A stretch of DNA of 42,292 nucleotides from an uncultured Desulfobacteraceae bacterium (GTDB lineage: Bacteria > Desulfobacterota > Desulfobacteria > Desulfobacterales > Desulfosalsimonadaceae): assembly GCA_964481615.1 (NCBI GenBank), contig CAYZXZ010000002.1, forward strand, positions 1-42,292. Reading direction: 5' to 3'. The notes under the pieces were generated by a model. That model was given only the letters and a program-made list of their open reading frames with translations, was not told the DNA's origin and did not search any database. The position numbers and the translations under genes are program-made. Below are positions 18,908-29,068 of the stretch, piece by piece (position 1 is the first letter of the stretch; every line of letters begins with the position of its first letter).

Positions 18908-19351
18908 TTATCCCCGCGTATCAAGAATGAGGGTCACGGGGCCGTCGTTGATCAGGGAAACATCCATCATGGCGCCGAATACGCCGGCTTTGACGGTAAT
19001 GCCGGATTGACCCGCGTACCCGATAAATGCTTTATACAGGGCTTCGGCGACATCCGGAGGGGCCGCAGCGGTAAAAGAAGGACGACGACCCTTGCGACAA
19101 TCCCCGTACAAAGTGAACTGGGACACCACCAGCATTTCACCGCCAACATCCACCAGGGACCGGTTCATTTTACCCGCCGCATCTTCAAAAATACGCAGGC
19201 CGGCGATCTTGTCTGCCAGAAACCGGGCATCCGAAGGCTGATCATCAGCAGCCACCCCGAGCAATACCAGCAAGCCAGGGCCGATATCGCCGACAAGCCG
19301 GCCGTCAACGGTCACGGCGCTTTGTTTTACTTTTTGAATCACAACGCGCAT
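18908..19351 (-). CDS. dtd: D-aminoacyl-tRNA deacylase
   Basis: MRVVIQKV...SQFTLYGD...NDGPVTL. Start at ATG 19351. Confidence 0.93.
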   Translation of the reverse strand: MRVVIQKVKQSAVTVDGRLVGDIGPGLLVLLGVAADDQPSDARFLADKIAGLRIFEDAAGKMNRSLVDVGGEMLVVSQFTLYGDCRKGRRPSFTAAAPPDVAEALYKAFIGYAGQSGITVKAGVFGAMMDVSLINDGPVTLILDTRG

Positions 19352-19637
19352 GATCCGGTTTATATGCCGACAGAGCATCCGTTGTCAAGATACTGCTCCT
19401 GGTTGCTCCTGGACAACCGCTGGAACAACTGGTCAGATCGTTGCAGGGATTGTGCGTCTGATCAATTTACGGTCGCTGACGTTATCCTTCACGACTATGT
19501 CCCGTTTACATTGATTTCCCGCTTATTTCCTTGACACATTTATGGATTGTAGCTTACATAACAAATCTTTTTATACGCAGTATTCCAATGTTGCTTGCAA
19601 GTCCTGTTAAGCGATATACCCGTTTCCGGAGGAAATA

Positions 19638-22442
19638 ATGGATTACAAGGACACGCTGAATCTGCCGTCAACCCAGTTTCCCATGAAGGCGAACCTGGCA
19701 AAACGCGAGCCCCAACAGCTGGCGCAATGGGAAGAACAGGAACTCTATGCGCAGGTCCGTCAGGCCGCCAAGAGTCGCCCGACCTTTATTTTGCACGACG
19801 GCCCCCCATATGCCAACGGCAATATTCATATCGGCACGGCACTTAACAAGATTTTAAAGGACATGGTGGTCCGGTCCCGGCAGATGAGCGGTTATGATGC
19901 GGCGTTTGTCCCCGGCTGGGATTGTCACGGCCTGCCGATCGAACACAACGTTGACAAGCAACTATGCAAAAACAAGCAGCAGATGTCAATCGTGGAAATC
20001 CGCAAAGCCTGCCGGGCCTATGCGGAAAAATTCATCGATATCCAGCGCTCCGAATTCAGGCGGCTCGGGGTGATGGCTCAATGGGATGATCCCTACCTGA
20101 CCATGGCCTTTGCCTATGAGGCCGTTATCGCGAAAAAATGCGCGGAGTTTGCTTTAGACGGCAGCCTCTACCACAGCAAAAAGCCGATCTACTGGTGCTC
20201 CAGTTGCAAAACCGCGCTGGCTGAAGCTGAAATCGAATACGGTGATGAAAAATCTCCCTCGATTTACGTTAAATTTCCATTAAACAGGGATCCGGGCTCT
20301 CTGCATCCGGAAATATCTGGAAAACAAGCCTTTATGGTTATCTGGACCACCACGCCCTGGACGCTTCCGGCCAACCTGGCTGTTGCGCTACACCCTGATT
20401 TCATCTATTCGGCCGTTGAAACCGATGCCGGGGATATACTTATCCTGGCAAGAGAACGGATCGCAGATTGCATGAAAACGTTTGGCGTCTTGTCGTATCG
20501 CATCATTGTCGATGTGGACCCAAAAAATTTGGAAAATCAGACCTGCCGTCACCCCCTATACAACAGAGAATCCGTAATCGTACTCGGAAGCCATGTCGCG
20601 CTGGAAACCGGCACCGGGTGCGTGCATACGGCGCCGGGACACGGCCGCGAGGATTTTGAGATCGGCACTGCCTACGGCCTGGAACCGTATTCGCCGGTGG
20701 ACGACAACGGCTGTTTCACCGAAGAGGTGAAAGATTTTGCCGGTCGGTTCGTCTTTGATGCAGATTCCGGCATTATCGACCGGCTCAGGGAAACTGGCAT
20801 GTTGCTGGCTTCCGGCGCCATCTCCCATTCCTACCCCCACTGTTGGCGGTGTAAAAAATCCATCATTTTTCGAGCCACTCCCCAGTGGTTCATTTCAATG
20901 GATAAGACCGGCCTTCGCAAAAAGGCCCTGGCCGCCATTGACACGGTATCCTGGATCCCCGCCTGGGGCAGGGACCGGATCTACGGAATGATTGAAAAGC
21001 GGCCGGACTGGTGCGTTTCCCGCCAGCGATCCTGGGGGGTTCCCATTACGGTGTTTTATTGCCGGAAATGTACGAAAATGATCCTTACCCCCGAAATCGT
21101 CGACCGGATTTACGCCCTTTTCACACAACACGGCGCCGATATCTGGTTTGAAAAGGAGGCCGCGTTTTTCCTACCGGAAGGCACCGTGTGCGACGCATGC
21201 AGGTCAATGGATTTCGACAAGGAAAACGATATTTTAGATGTCTGGTTTGATTCCGGTGTCAGCCATGCCGCTGTCCTGGAGGAACGATCCGGCCTTTCAT
21301 GGCCGGCGGATCTTTACCTGGAAGGCAGCGACCAGCACCGGGGATGGTTTCACAGTTCCCTGTTGACTGCCGTGGGTATTAAAGGGACCGCGCCATACCG
21401 CACCGTCCTGACCCATGGATTCGTGGTGGACGGCGACGGCAAGAAAATGTCCAAATCCATCGGAAACGTCATCGCACCTGAAAAGGTCATCGACCGTTAC
21501 GGCGCGGAAATCCTCAGGCTCTGGGTGGCGGCCTCGGATTACCGGGACGATATCCGGATTTCTGAAAAGATCCTGACTCAGCTCAGTGATGCCTACCGCC
21601 GAATCCGCAATACCTGCCGGTTTATTCTGGGCAATCTCTATGATTTTGAACCGGCCCCGCACATGACCGATATTGCGGACATGCCGGAAATGGACCGATT
21701 TCTGCTGCACCGGCTGCACGGACTGATTGCAAAAACCACCACCGCTTACACGGCATATGAATTTCACACGATCTATCACGCCCTGCACAATTTCTGCACC
21801 CTGGATTTGTCCGCGTTTTATCTCGATATCTTAAAAGACCGGCTTTATACGTCTCCTGCGGCGTCAGTTCAACGACGCAGCGCCCAGACGGTCATCTGGC
21901 ACGTGGTTGACGCTGTGGCCCGCATCATGGCCCCGATTCTCCCATTTACCGCCGAAGAGATATGGGCACATATGCCGGCGCTGCCGGACAAGACGGGCAG
22001 TATTCACCTGGCGGATTTTCCGGCTCTTGACCCGAGATTCAAAAATGATGCCCTGGCCGGAAAATGGCAGGTGATCCTCGATGTCCGCCAGGAAGTGACC
22101 AGGGCACTGGAAACCGCCCGGGCTGCCAAAATTATCGGCCATTCCCTTAATGCTTCGGTGACGCTCTGCTGCGACGATGCGCTGCATGACCGGCTTAGTG
22201 CTTACGCGGATGAACTCAAGGCCATTTTTATCGTGTCTGAAGCCCGCCTGGTGCGGTCGGCATCCTGCACCGCGTCCTGCGCGCCTACGGAAATGGAAGG
22301 CCTGGCGATCAATGTGTCGCTCGCGCCCGGGGAAAAATGCAACCGTTGCTGGGTAGTCCATCCAAGTGTAAGCATGGATGGCGAAAACCCGGATATCTGT
22401 GACCGGTGCCGGTCGGTCCTGGCCGCGGGTATCAACCCTTAA
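19638..22442 (+). CDS. ileS: isoleucyl-tRNA synthetase (type 1, with C-terminal Zn-finger)
   Basis: [30 protein letters not shown], and C-terminal CNRC...CDRC. 934 aa. Confidence 0.97.
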   Translation: MDYKDTLNLPSTQFPMKANLAKREPQQLAQWEEQELYAQVRQAAKSRPTFILHDGPPYANGNIHIGTALNKILKDMVVRSRQMSGYDAAFVPGWDCHGLPIEHNVDKQLCKNKQQMSIVEIRKACRAYAEKFIDIQRSEFRRLGVMAQWDDPYLTMAFAYEAVIAKKCAEFALDGSLYHSKKPIYWCSSCKTALAEAEIEYGDEKSPSIYVKFPLNRDPGSLHPEISGKQAFMVIWTTTPWTLPANLAVALHPDFIYSAVETDAGDILILARERIADCMKTFGVLSYRIIVDVDPKNLENQTCRHPLYNRESVIVLGSHVALETGTGCVHTAPGHGREDFEIGTAYGLEPYSPVDDNGCFTEEVKDFAGRFVFDADSGIIDRLRETGMLLASGAISHSYPHCWRCKKSIIFRATPQWFISMDKTGLRKKALAAIDTVSWIPAWGRDRIYGMIEKRPDWCVSRQRSWGVPITVFYCRKCTKMILTPEIVDRIYALFTQHGADIWFEKEAAFFLPEGTVCDACRSMDFDKENDILDVWFDSGVSHAAVLEERSGLSWPADLYLEGSDQHRGWFHSSLLTAVGIKGTAPYRTVLTHGFVVDGDGKKMSKSIGNVIAPEKVIDRYGAEILRLWVAASDYRDDIRISEKILTQLSDAYRRIRNTCRFILGNLYDFEPAPHMTDIADMPEMDRFLLHRLHGLIAKTTTAYTAYEFHTIYHALHNFCTLDLSAFYLDILKDRLYTSPAASVQRRSAQTVIWHVVDAVARIMAPILPFTAEEIWAHMPALPDKTGSIHLADFPALDPRFKNDALAGKWQVILDVRQEVTRALETARAAKIIGHSLNASVTLCCDDALHDRLSAYADELKAIFIVSEARLVRSASCTASCAPTEMEGLAINVSLAPGEKCNRCWVVHPSVSMDGENPDICDRCRSVLAAGINP

Positions 22443-22470
22443 ATTCTTAAAATGAAAATATTTTTCCGCC

Positions 22471-22977
22471 ATGAACCGATACACGATGCATATGCTGACC
22501 GGAAAATACCGACTGCTGCTGGCCGTGGCCATGCTCGTGGTCATCTTTGACCAGGTCGGCAAATATCTCATTGTCGCTTATGTGGGCATGTATGAGACCA
22601 TTGCGGTGATCCCCGGGTTCTTTAATATTGTGCATGTACGAAACCCCGGGGCCGCGTTCGGCCTGTTCGCAAATCAGGCTCCGATGATCCGCAATATCGT
22701 ACTGATCAGTGCATCTGTTGTTGCAATGGTCTTCATTTTATATCTTTTCCACCAGACTCCGACGACCTATCCGCTGCTGTCGGTCGGATTTGCGATGATT
22801 CTGGGAGGGGCCGCCGGCAATCTGATCGACAGGATCCGGTGGGGAAGAGTGGTGGATTTTCTCGATCTCCATATTGGTTCGTTTCACTGGCCGGCCTTTA
22901 ATATTGCCGACAGTGCGATATCGGTCGGCATAGTGATATTCGCTTATTACGTTATTTTCCGCAAAGTCCCGATATAA
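22471..22977 (+). CDS. lspA: lipoprotein signal peptidase II
   Basis: NPGAAFG, VVDFLD and FNIADS motifs, with four TM segments. Confidence 0.92.
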   Translation: MNRYTMHMLTGKYRLLLAVAMLVVIFDQVGKYLIVAYVGMYETIAVIPGFFNIVHVRNPGAAFGLFANQAPMIRNIVLISASVVAMVFILYLFHQTPTTYPLLSVGFAMILGGAAGNLIDRIRWGRVVDFLDLHIGSFHWPAFNIADSAISVGIVIFAYYVIFRKVPI

Positions 22978-23013
22978 CCGCGCCTGGACATTTCCCAGGA
23001 GATAAGGTATCCC

Positions 23014-23778
23014 ATGTTTCCGGTTCTGTTTGATTTCGGTCCGTTTACCGTTCACACATACGGCTTTTTTGTGGCACTGGGCCTGCTGGCGGGTATTTTC
23101 CTGGCCGGTCGTGAAGCGCGGCGCTTAGATCTCGACCCCGATAAAATCATTGATATGTGTTTTTATATCGTTGTGGCCGCCATTGTGGGCTCCCGCCTGC
23201 TGTTTGTGATCCAGAATCCCGACACATTCAGGGTCGCGCCGCTGGAAGCCGTCAAAATCTGGAAAGGCGGCCTGGTCTTTTACGGCGGATTTGCCGGCGC
23301 CATGGTCGTTGTTTTCCTCTATCTGATGGTTTATCGGCTTCCTCTGGGAAAAGTCGCCGATATTGCCGCTCTTTCCGTACCCCTGGGTCATTTTATCGGC
23401 CGTATCGGATGTTTTTTCGCCGGCTGCTGCTACGGAAAAACCTGTGACTGCCTGTGGGCGATCACGTTTAGGCACTCCGAGGCCCTGGCGCCTTTGCATG
23501 TGCCGCTGCATCCGACCCAGTTGTATGAATCCGGAGCCAACCTGATGATTTTCCTGATTTTGTTTTTTTCCAGTACCCGCAAGCAGTATCACGGACAACT
23601 GTTCTGGATATATGCCCTGCTCTACGGTGTTATCCGGGCGTTTATTGAAATGTATCGGGGGGATTTTCGGGGAACGGAGGTTTTCGGGATTCTGTCCGTA
23701 TCCCAGACCATCGGCATCAGTCTTGCCGTTATTGCGGTCGGTATGCTGGTCATCTTTCGAAAACGAACTCTGTCGTAA
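23014..23778 (+). CDS. lgt: prolipoprotein diacylglyceryl transferase
   Basis: YGFFVALG...GRIGCFFAGCCYG...HPTQLYES. Confidence 0.93.
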   Translation: MFPVLFDFGPFTVHTYGFFVALGLLAGIFLAGREARRLDLDPDKIIDMCFYIVVAAIVGSRLLFVIQNPDTFRVAPLEAVKIWKGGLVFYGGFAGAMVVVFLYLMVYRLPLGKVADIAALSVPLGHFIGRIGCFFAGCCYGKTCDCLWAITFRHSEALAPLHVPLHPTQLYESGANLMIFLILFFSSTRKQYHGQLFWIYALLYGVIRAFIEMYRGDFRGTEVFGILSVSQTIGISLAVIAVGMLVIFRKRTLS

Positions 23779-23784
23779 ACGGAT

Positions 23785-25299
23785 ATGGCTGAAATCGTTC
23801 ATGCGAAGCTCAACCAGCATTTCAAGGAATCTGTGCCAGATTCTTTCGCCCCGGTCTACCTGGTGTACGGCGAGGAGTTCATTTACGAACAGGCGGTCCG
23901 GACCATTGTCGACGCCATGCTTCCGGATCCATCCAGACAGAGGCTCCAACATGAAATTCATAATGCCCAGGAAGGCGCGGGTCTGGGAGAAATCATCGAG
24001 AAACTCAATACCTATTCTTTTTTTTCCGGCAGAAATATTATTGAATTCCGGACCCCGTCCATCTTTGTGAACAAGTTTGATCCGGGCAAGCTGATCCAGC
24101 GGATTCAAAAAGCCCATAAAACAATGGATGCAGCCCAGGCCCGCCGACTCTACCTCGAACTTTTGGGACGGCTCCGGCTTGATCCTGAAGCGATCACTCC
24201 GGAAACCCTTCATGAAAAACTGGGCATTGATCCGGCGACTTTCGGTGATGCGGCGTGGCTGATCGCCATTAACGCGGATTGTCTGAAAAATAATCTTGTC
24301 GCGCCGGAATTATCCGCCGATATTGAAATACTGCAGCGTGCCGTTGAAAAGGGATTTCCCAAAAACAAACATCTGATTATCGTTACTGACACTGCGGACA
24401 AGCGCACCGGATTGTATCTGGCCATCCGCAAAACCGGCGTGATCGTGGAATGCACCATTCCAAAGGGCACACGCAAGGCCGACCGGGACGAACAGAAGCG
24501 CATTTTTTCTCAGCACGCCAGCCGGATCACGCAGCAATATAAAAAAATCATCGAGCCCGCAGCGTTTGATGCCATGCTTGATTTGATCGGTTTTGATCTG
24601 CGGGTGTTTGCCTCCAATCTGGAAAAACTCATCGATTATGCCAGGGATAGGGATCGCATCACGGCCCGGGATGTCCGGGCCGTGATCCATCCACTCCGGG
24701 ATGATCCGGTTTATGAACTGACCGGCGCCATTGCCGATCGAAACACCGGCAAGGCTCTCCCGGTCCTGTTTTCGCTGCTGTCGTCGGGCATCCATGAATT
24801 GCAGATTATCATGGCCGTGACCAACCAGGTCCGACGCCTGCTGCTCATCCGCAGTTTTATGGAAAGCGACCTTGGACGGGTCTGGCACCCTGGGGTGACA
24901 TATGACCGGTTTCAGAGCGATGTCCTGCCGGCTGCCCGGCAATACGATGACCTTCTTGCGGCGAAGCGGGCACATTCATTTCAACCGGACGCAGGCGGGT
25001 ATGAAGACGGAGAAAGGGAGGGGGACACGGATGGATCTGGTGAAGAAGAAACACCTGCGGGGAAAAACCCGGACAAGCTGCCGGAAGATCTTTGCATCGC
25101 CCGGAAAAAAGAGCATCCCTATGCTGTTTATTCCTTGTTTTTAAAAGCCAAAAACTTTCATACCCGGGAACTGGTGACGGCATTTAGCGCCCTTAACCAG
25201 GCGGATGTGGCTCTTAAAACCGTTGGTCAATCTCCAAAGGCGGTTCTTGAATTCCTTATCATCGGCATTTGCGGCATCAATAGTGACGCATCCAAATGA
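23785..25299 (+). CDS. holA: DNA polymerase III delta subunit (HolA-like), unusually long at 504 aa
   Basis: N-terminus PVYLVYGEEFIYEQA and C-terminus HPYAVYSLFLKAKNFHTRELVTAFSALNQADVALK match the delta-subunit pattern. Extra segments include an acidic stretch at nt 24979-25092. Confidence 0.7.
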   Translation: MAEIVHAKLNQHFKESVPDSFAPVYLVYGEEFIYEQAVRTIVDAMLPDPSRQRLQHEIHNAQEGAGLGEIIEKLNTYSFFSGRNIIEFRTPSIFVNKFDPGKLIQRIQKAHKTMDAAQARRLYLELLGRLRLDPEAITPETLHEKLGIDPATFGDAAWLIAINADCLKNNLVAPELSADIEILQRAVEKGFPKNKHLIIVTDTADKRTGLYLAIRKTGVIVECTIPKGTRKADRDEQKRIFSQHASRITQQYKKIIEPAAFDAMLDLIGFDLRVFASNLEKLIDYARDRDRITARDVRAVIHPLRDDPVYELTGAIADRNTGKALPVLFSLLSSGIHELQIIMAVTNQVRRLLLIRSFMESDLGRVWHPGVTYDRFQSDVLPAARQYDDLLAAKRAHSFQPDAGGYEDGEREGDTDGSGEEETPAGKNPDKLPEDLCIARKKEHPYAVYSLFLKAKNFHTRELVTAFSALNQADVALKTVGQSPKAVLEFLIIGICGINSDASK

Positions 25300-25634
25300 T
25301 CATTCAGCCTTGACCCGGAAAATGATGGAACTGATCGCCGTGTAGGCCGGAAGCCAGAAGGGAAAATTCACCGGAAGGATCAATGCCTATCGTGTCGGGT
25401 ATCTTATGAAAACGCGCAAAAAGCGAGTAAAATCAGACTTTTTACGAGTGCATTAAACAAGTTGTATCAATCAAATCTTGTAATGAATGCTTGCAATCAT
25501 TTTCAAAACAATGTTATTTTTAAACTCTGAAAGAATTTTTCGGTAAAGGCGATCAATATCAATCTTTTTTAGCGATTCCTGTATCTTACAGACCAATCTC
25601 GGTCACTCCTCATTTCACCCCGGAGGCGGAGAAT

Positions 25635-27212
25635 ATGGCCAACCTGGAACTACCGGAAAAGGCATCCTTTGAACATAAAATTGTTCCGGACCACGCACAT
25701 TCTGAAAAACCAGTGATCCCGAAGAAAAAAGCATGGAAAATCATTATCGCCGACGATGAATCCGAAGTGCACGGCGTCACCCGGATGGTTCTTGGTGATT
25801 ATGTTTTCGAAGGCAGATCCCTTGAGTTCATAAGCGCCTATTCCGCTCATGAGACCAAGACGCTGCTGGAAAAAAATCCGGATACGGCAATCATCCTGCT
25901 GGACGTGGTCATGGAAACCGATGACGCCGGTCTGCAACTGGCACGATGGATCCGTCAGGATCTGAATAATTCATTTGTCCGTATCGTCCTGCGCACCGGT
26001 CAACCCGGCAAGGCCCCTGAAAAAAGAGTGATCATCGACTATGATATCAACGAATATAAGGAAAAAACCGAACTGACCGTACAAAAGCTTTTCACCACCA
26101 TCACGACGGCGCTCCGCTCCTACCGGGACATGCGGATCATTGAAAAAAGCCGCATCGGCCTGGAGCAGATCATCAAGTCATCGGCCCATCTTTTCGAGCA
26201 CCAGCCACTTAAGGATTTTGCAAAAGGGGTGCTGATCCAGCTCATATCCATTCTGAAGCTTGATGAAAATTCCGTATATGTTCAACTCTCCGGGTTCAGC
26301 GCCATCAACGAAAAAAGTAACGGTGAAGATTTCATTATCCTGGCCGCCACCGGCAAGTATGAAAACGCGGTCGATCATTACGTGTCCGATATTTTCCCGG
26401 ATGATGTCATTAAATATCTGAAACAGGCGGTGCGTGAAGAACGCAGTCTTTTCATCGACGATGTTTATGTGGGATATTTTGTGACCCGCAACGGGAAAAA
26501 GAATCTGCTCTATCTGAAATACTGCACGAACCTGAGCAAGCTCGACCGGGACCTGATCCGGATATTTTCAAACAATGTGGCCATTGCCTTTGAAAATATC
26601 CTGTTAAACAGCGAAATCGTCGATACCCACAAAGAGATGCTGATGACCCTCGGGGAGGTGGTTGAAAACCGGTCCCTGGAAGTGGGTAAACACGCCCACC
26701 GGGTTTCCCTGTTCTGTCATCTGCTGGCCATTAAGGCCGGACTGAGCCGGGAGGAAGCCGATCTGTTGCGCATGGTGGCGCCCATGCACGATGTGGGAAA
26801 GGTTGCCATTCCGGATGCGATCCTTCTCAAATCCGCAGGCCTGACGTCGGATGAATTTGAGCTGATCAAGCTCCATACCACCATAGGGTACGAGCTTTTC
26901 AAATGTTCCAATCGGTCGATCATGAACGCGGCCGCCATTGTCGCGCACCAGCACCACGAACACTGGGACGGCACCGGCTATCCCAATGGGCTCAAAGGCG
27001 AGGATATCCATATTTTTGGAAGGATCACCGGACTGGCCGACGTTTTTGATTCCCTGTCACACTGTCGGATATACAAGAAAAAATGGCCCATCGACCAGGT
27101 CATTTCCTTTATCACACAACAACGGGGGCTCCGATTCGACCCCCTACTGGTGGATCTTTTTCTTGAAAATCTCGATGCGTTTATCGTCATCAACGAACAA
27201 TATCCGGATTGA
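25635..27212 (+). CDS. response regulator receiver + central sensor-like domain + HD-GYP c-di-GMP phosphodiesterase
   Basis: REC domain (KIIIADDESE...LLDVVMETDDG...RTG) and HD-GYP domain (HDVGKVAIPD...HQHHEHWDGTGYPNGLKGEDI). Confidence 0.88.
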   Translation: MANLELPEKASFEHKIVPDHAHSEKPVIPKKKAWKIIIADDESEVHGVTRMVLGDYVFEGRSLEFISAYSAHETKTLLEKNPDTAIILLDVVMETDDAGLQLARWIRQDLNNSFVRIVLRTGQPGKAPEKRVIIDYDINEYKEKTELTVQKLFTTITTALRSYRDMRIIEKSRIGLEQIIKSSAHLFEHQPLKDFAKGVLIQLISILKLDENSVYVQLSGFSAINEKSNGEDFIILAATGKYENAVDHYVSDIFPDDVIKYLKQAVREERSLFIDDVYVGYFVTRNGKKNLLYLKYCTNLSKLDRDLIRIFSNNVAIAFENILLNSEIVDTHKEMLMTLGEVVENRSLEVGKHAHRVSLFCHLLAIKAGLSREEADLLRMVAPMHDVGKVAIPDAILLKSAGLTSDEFELIKLHTTIGYELFKCSNRSIMNAAAIVAHQHHEHWDGTGYPNGLKGEDIHIFGRITGLADVFDSLSHCRIYKKKWPIDQVISFITQQRGLRFDPLLVDLFLENLDAFIVINEQYPD

Positions 27213-27297
27213 TCGCAGCGATTTTTATTTCCATCCCGTGTTATGAAGTCATTCCATTCGGAATCAGTATCATGAAAAGACGTCCATCTCATAATCA

Positions 27298-27311
27298 ATG
27301 ATTTTGCAAAA
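27298..27311. promoter_or_regulatory. candidate operator half 1: ATGATTTTGCAAAA (contains the palindrome TTTTGCAAAA)
   Basis: It is the exact reverse complement of 27390-27403. Confidence 0.35.
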
Positions 27312-27389
27312 AGCTCCTTCCGAATATATTTTTAGATAAAAAAACATTGTTTATTGTTCTGAACTATGGTATTATTAAAATTTTAGATA

Positions 27390-27403
27390 TTTTGCAAAAT
27401 CAT
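27390..27403. promoter_or_regulatory. candidate operator half 2: TTTTGCAAAATCAT, 27 nt upstream of the TetR start codon
   Basis: It is the exact reverse complement of 27298-27311 and sits in the AT-rich region immediately upstream of the tetR RBS (AGGAGGAG, 27416-27423). Confidence 0.4.
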
Positions 27404-27429
27404 GACACGTTTATCAGGAGGAGCAGGCA

Positions 27430-28041
27430 GTGGGGGATAAATCCACTTTCAAACAATTACGGGAAGATGAGAGGGAAATTCGAAAGCAGCTGATCATCAA
27501 GGCGGCTAAGGAGATTTTCGAGGAAAAATCCTTTCATGAAATCGGCATGCGCGATATCGCTGTAAAGGCGGGGGTATCGGCTGCATCCATTTACCGGTAT
27601 TTCCCCAGCAGGGATGATCTCTTTGTCGAGGCCCTGATTCAGGACATCAATGAAATCGAAGAGCGCTTTCAACGGCGGCTGAAACACGGTGATACCATTG
27701 AAGATATCACACTGGCAGTGGTGGATTACATGATCGACAATGAAGCCGCCTTCCAGATGATGTGCCATTTCATGATCCGTGGGGAACTCAACCCCCAGGC
27801 ATTGAAAAAATTCAACGGGGTCCAGCGGTATTTTCTGAACATGTTCGACAAAGTGGTGAAAAACACCGAGGGTTCTGGCAAACTCCGCCTGAACACCCAG
27901 GCGTTTTTCGCATCTCTTGCCGGAATCGTATTGACCTTCAGAAACTATCCGGGCCGGACCGCCGAGGAAAAACGCAAAGCTATCCACAAGCTGGCCTTGA
28001 TCATCATGCGCCAGGGTACGGACGCGCTGGACAAGGTATAG
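27430..28041 (+). CDS. TetR/AcrR family transcriptional regulator
   Basis: HTH segment FHEIGMRDIAVKAGVSAASIYRYFPSRDDLF. GTG start with a strong Shine-Dalgarno sequence. Confidence 0.9.
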   Translation: MGDKSTFKQLREDEREIRKQLIIKAAKEIFEEKSFHEIGMRDIAVKAGVSAASIYRYFPSRDDLFVEALIQDINEIEERFQRRLKHGDTIEDITLAVVDYMIDNEAAFQMMCHFMIRGELNPQALKKFNGVQRYFLNMFDKVVKNTEGSGKLRLNTQAFFASLAGIVLTFRNYPGRTAEEKRKAIHKLALIIMRQGTDALDKV

Positions 28042-29068
28042 CAGTGCCTTTTGACTGGTGCGCCGTCGCTTTTCCCAACGCATTGGAAGCCTCTTCGTAA
28101 AAGCAATGCGACATGCCCTCATATCTGGGCGAAAAATGAAAGAGGGTATATCGCCGGACTCCGGCCGCAGCCGCGATTTCGCCGGCCTGGCGGGCTGTCA
28201 GGTGATGTTTCCGGCGGGCATGGCCGGCATCTTTTTCAAGAAACGCCGATTCAATAAACAGATGGTCCGCGCCGTAAATCATGTTGATGATTTTCTCACG
28301 ATTGGACCGGCTGTATCCCGCGTCGCAGATATAGGCGATTTTTTGACCTTTTGTCACCATCGCCAGCTCACGGGACAGATCGCCGAGCCGCCATTCCGAA
28401 AAAACCCCTGACTTCCCCCGGGGTACCTGGATCAGGCCATCGGAATCAGCGTCCGCATACAGGGCTTGTTTGAATTCCTGCAGCCAGGGTCCGGGGCAAA
28501 GATCCATTCTTTCCAGGGCGTCTTTCCGGATATTGATGGTGAATTTTTCCTCAACGGCAAAACCAAGCACGGGCATACCGTGATCCAGCACGATTCCGAA
28601 AACCGAAAACGCCGGTTCCTCGTGCAGTAGAGGTCGTTGCTGCCAGATGGATTCTTCGGCAGGACCGGGCGAAAACTTTTCCTGGCTCAGGTACCGCCTC
28701 CGGATCAGCGCATCTTCGGATACTTCCACGGCGTCTATCGTCAGGCAGCTTGCGTAACTATCCACGAGGTTCCATGAATAACCGGCCAGTTTACCTTCCA
28801 GGTTGACCAGAAAACCCTCGGGCCCAAAAAGCACCACGGCTTTGTCCCTGCCGAGAAGGATGCGGAGAAGTCGATCAAACCCGGCAAAATGATCCATATG
28901 CGTATGGCTGATAAAAACATGACTGATTTTCAGAATTTCGCGGGAGGGGAGGGCGGCGATATCGCCCAGATCCATCAGGATGGCCCGCCGCTGAAAAAAC
29001 AGCGGGATGAACAGACCCGGGTCACCGGTGGGCGGGTTGACCAGAACGGGATGGAATACGGGCGGCAT
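28004..29068 (-). CDS. MBL-fold metallo-hydrolase (RNase Z/ElaC-like architecture)
   Basis: HTHMDHFAGF metal motif, a central insertion, and a C-terminal LFHFSPRY. Start chosen at ATG 29068, which shares one base with the upstream gene's stop (TGATG). Confidence 0.8.
   Translation of the reverse strand: MPPVFHPVLVNPPTGDPGLFIPLFFQRRAILMDLGDIAALPSREILKISHVFISHTHMDHFAGFDRLLRILLGRDKAVVLFGPEGFLVNLEGKLAGYSWNLVDSYASCLTIDAVEVSEDALIRRRYLSQEKFSPGPAEESIWQQRPLLHEEPAFSVFGIVLDHGMPVLGFAVEEKFTINIRKDALERMDLCPGPWLQEFKQALYADADSDGLIQVPRGKSGVFSEWRLGDLSRELAMVTKGQKIAYICDAGYSRSNREKIINMIYGADHLFIESAFLEKDAGHARRKHHLTARQAGEIAAAAGVRRYTLFHFSPRYEGMSHCFYEEASNALGKATAHQSKGTAIPCPARPYPGA

Noticed and set aside
18650-19534. A 294-aa + strand ORF spanning the dacB 5' end, dtd and the ileS upstream region.
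   Set aside because: It is antisense to two well-supported genes, and I recognise no family in it.
19380-19637. A possible T-box or other leader upstream of ileS. The region also contains the direct repeat TGCTCCTGG-T-TGCTCCTGG at about 19393-19411.
   Set aside because: I could find no specifier or T-box consensus and no terminator hairpin. The 9-nt repeat is short and lies nearer the dtd start, so there is not enough evidence for any call.
23125-24213. A 362-aa ORF on the minus strand.
   Set aside because: It is antisense to lgt and holA, both of which have clear family signatures. It has no recognisable motifs.
25406-25456. A 16-codon basic mini-ORF (MKTRKKRVKSDFLRVH) in the 335-nt holA / HD-GYP intergenic region. 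I also looked there for a c-di-GMP riboswitch or a sigma-54 promoter.
   Set aside because: The mini-ORF has no Shine-Dalgarno sequence and no supporting structure. I could not recognise GEMM-type conserved segments or a GG-N10-GC (-24/-12) element. The only signal is a modest sigma-70 candidate, TTGCAA (25491-25496)-N18-TATTTT.
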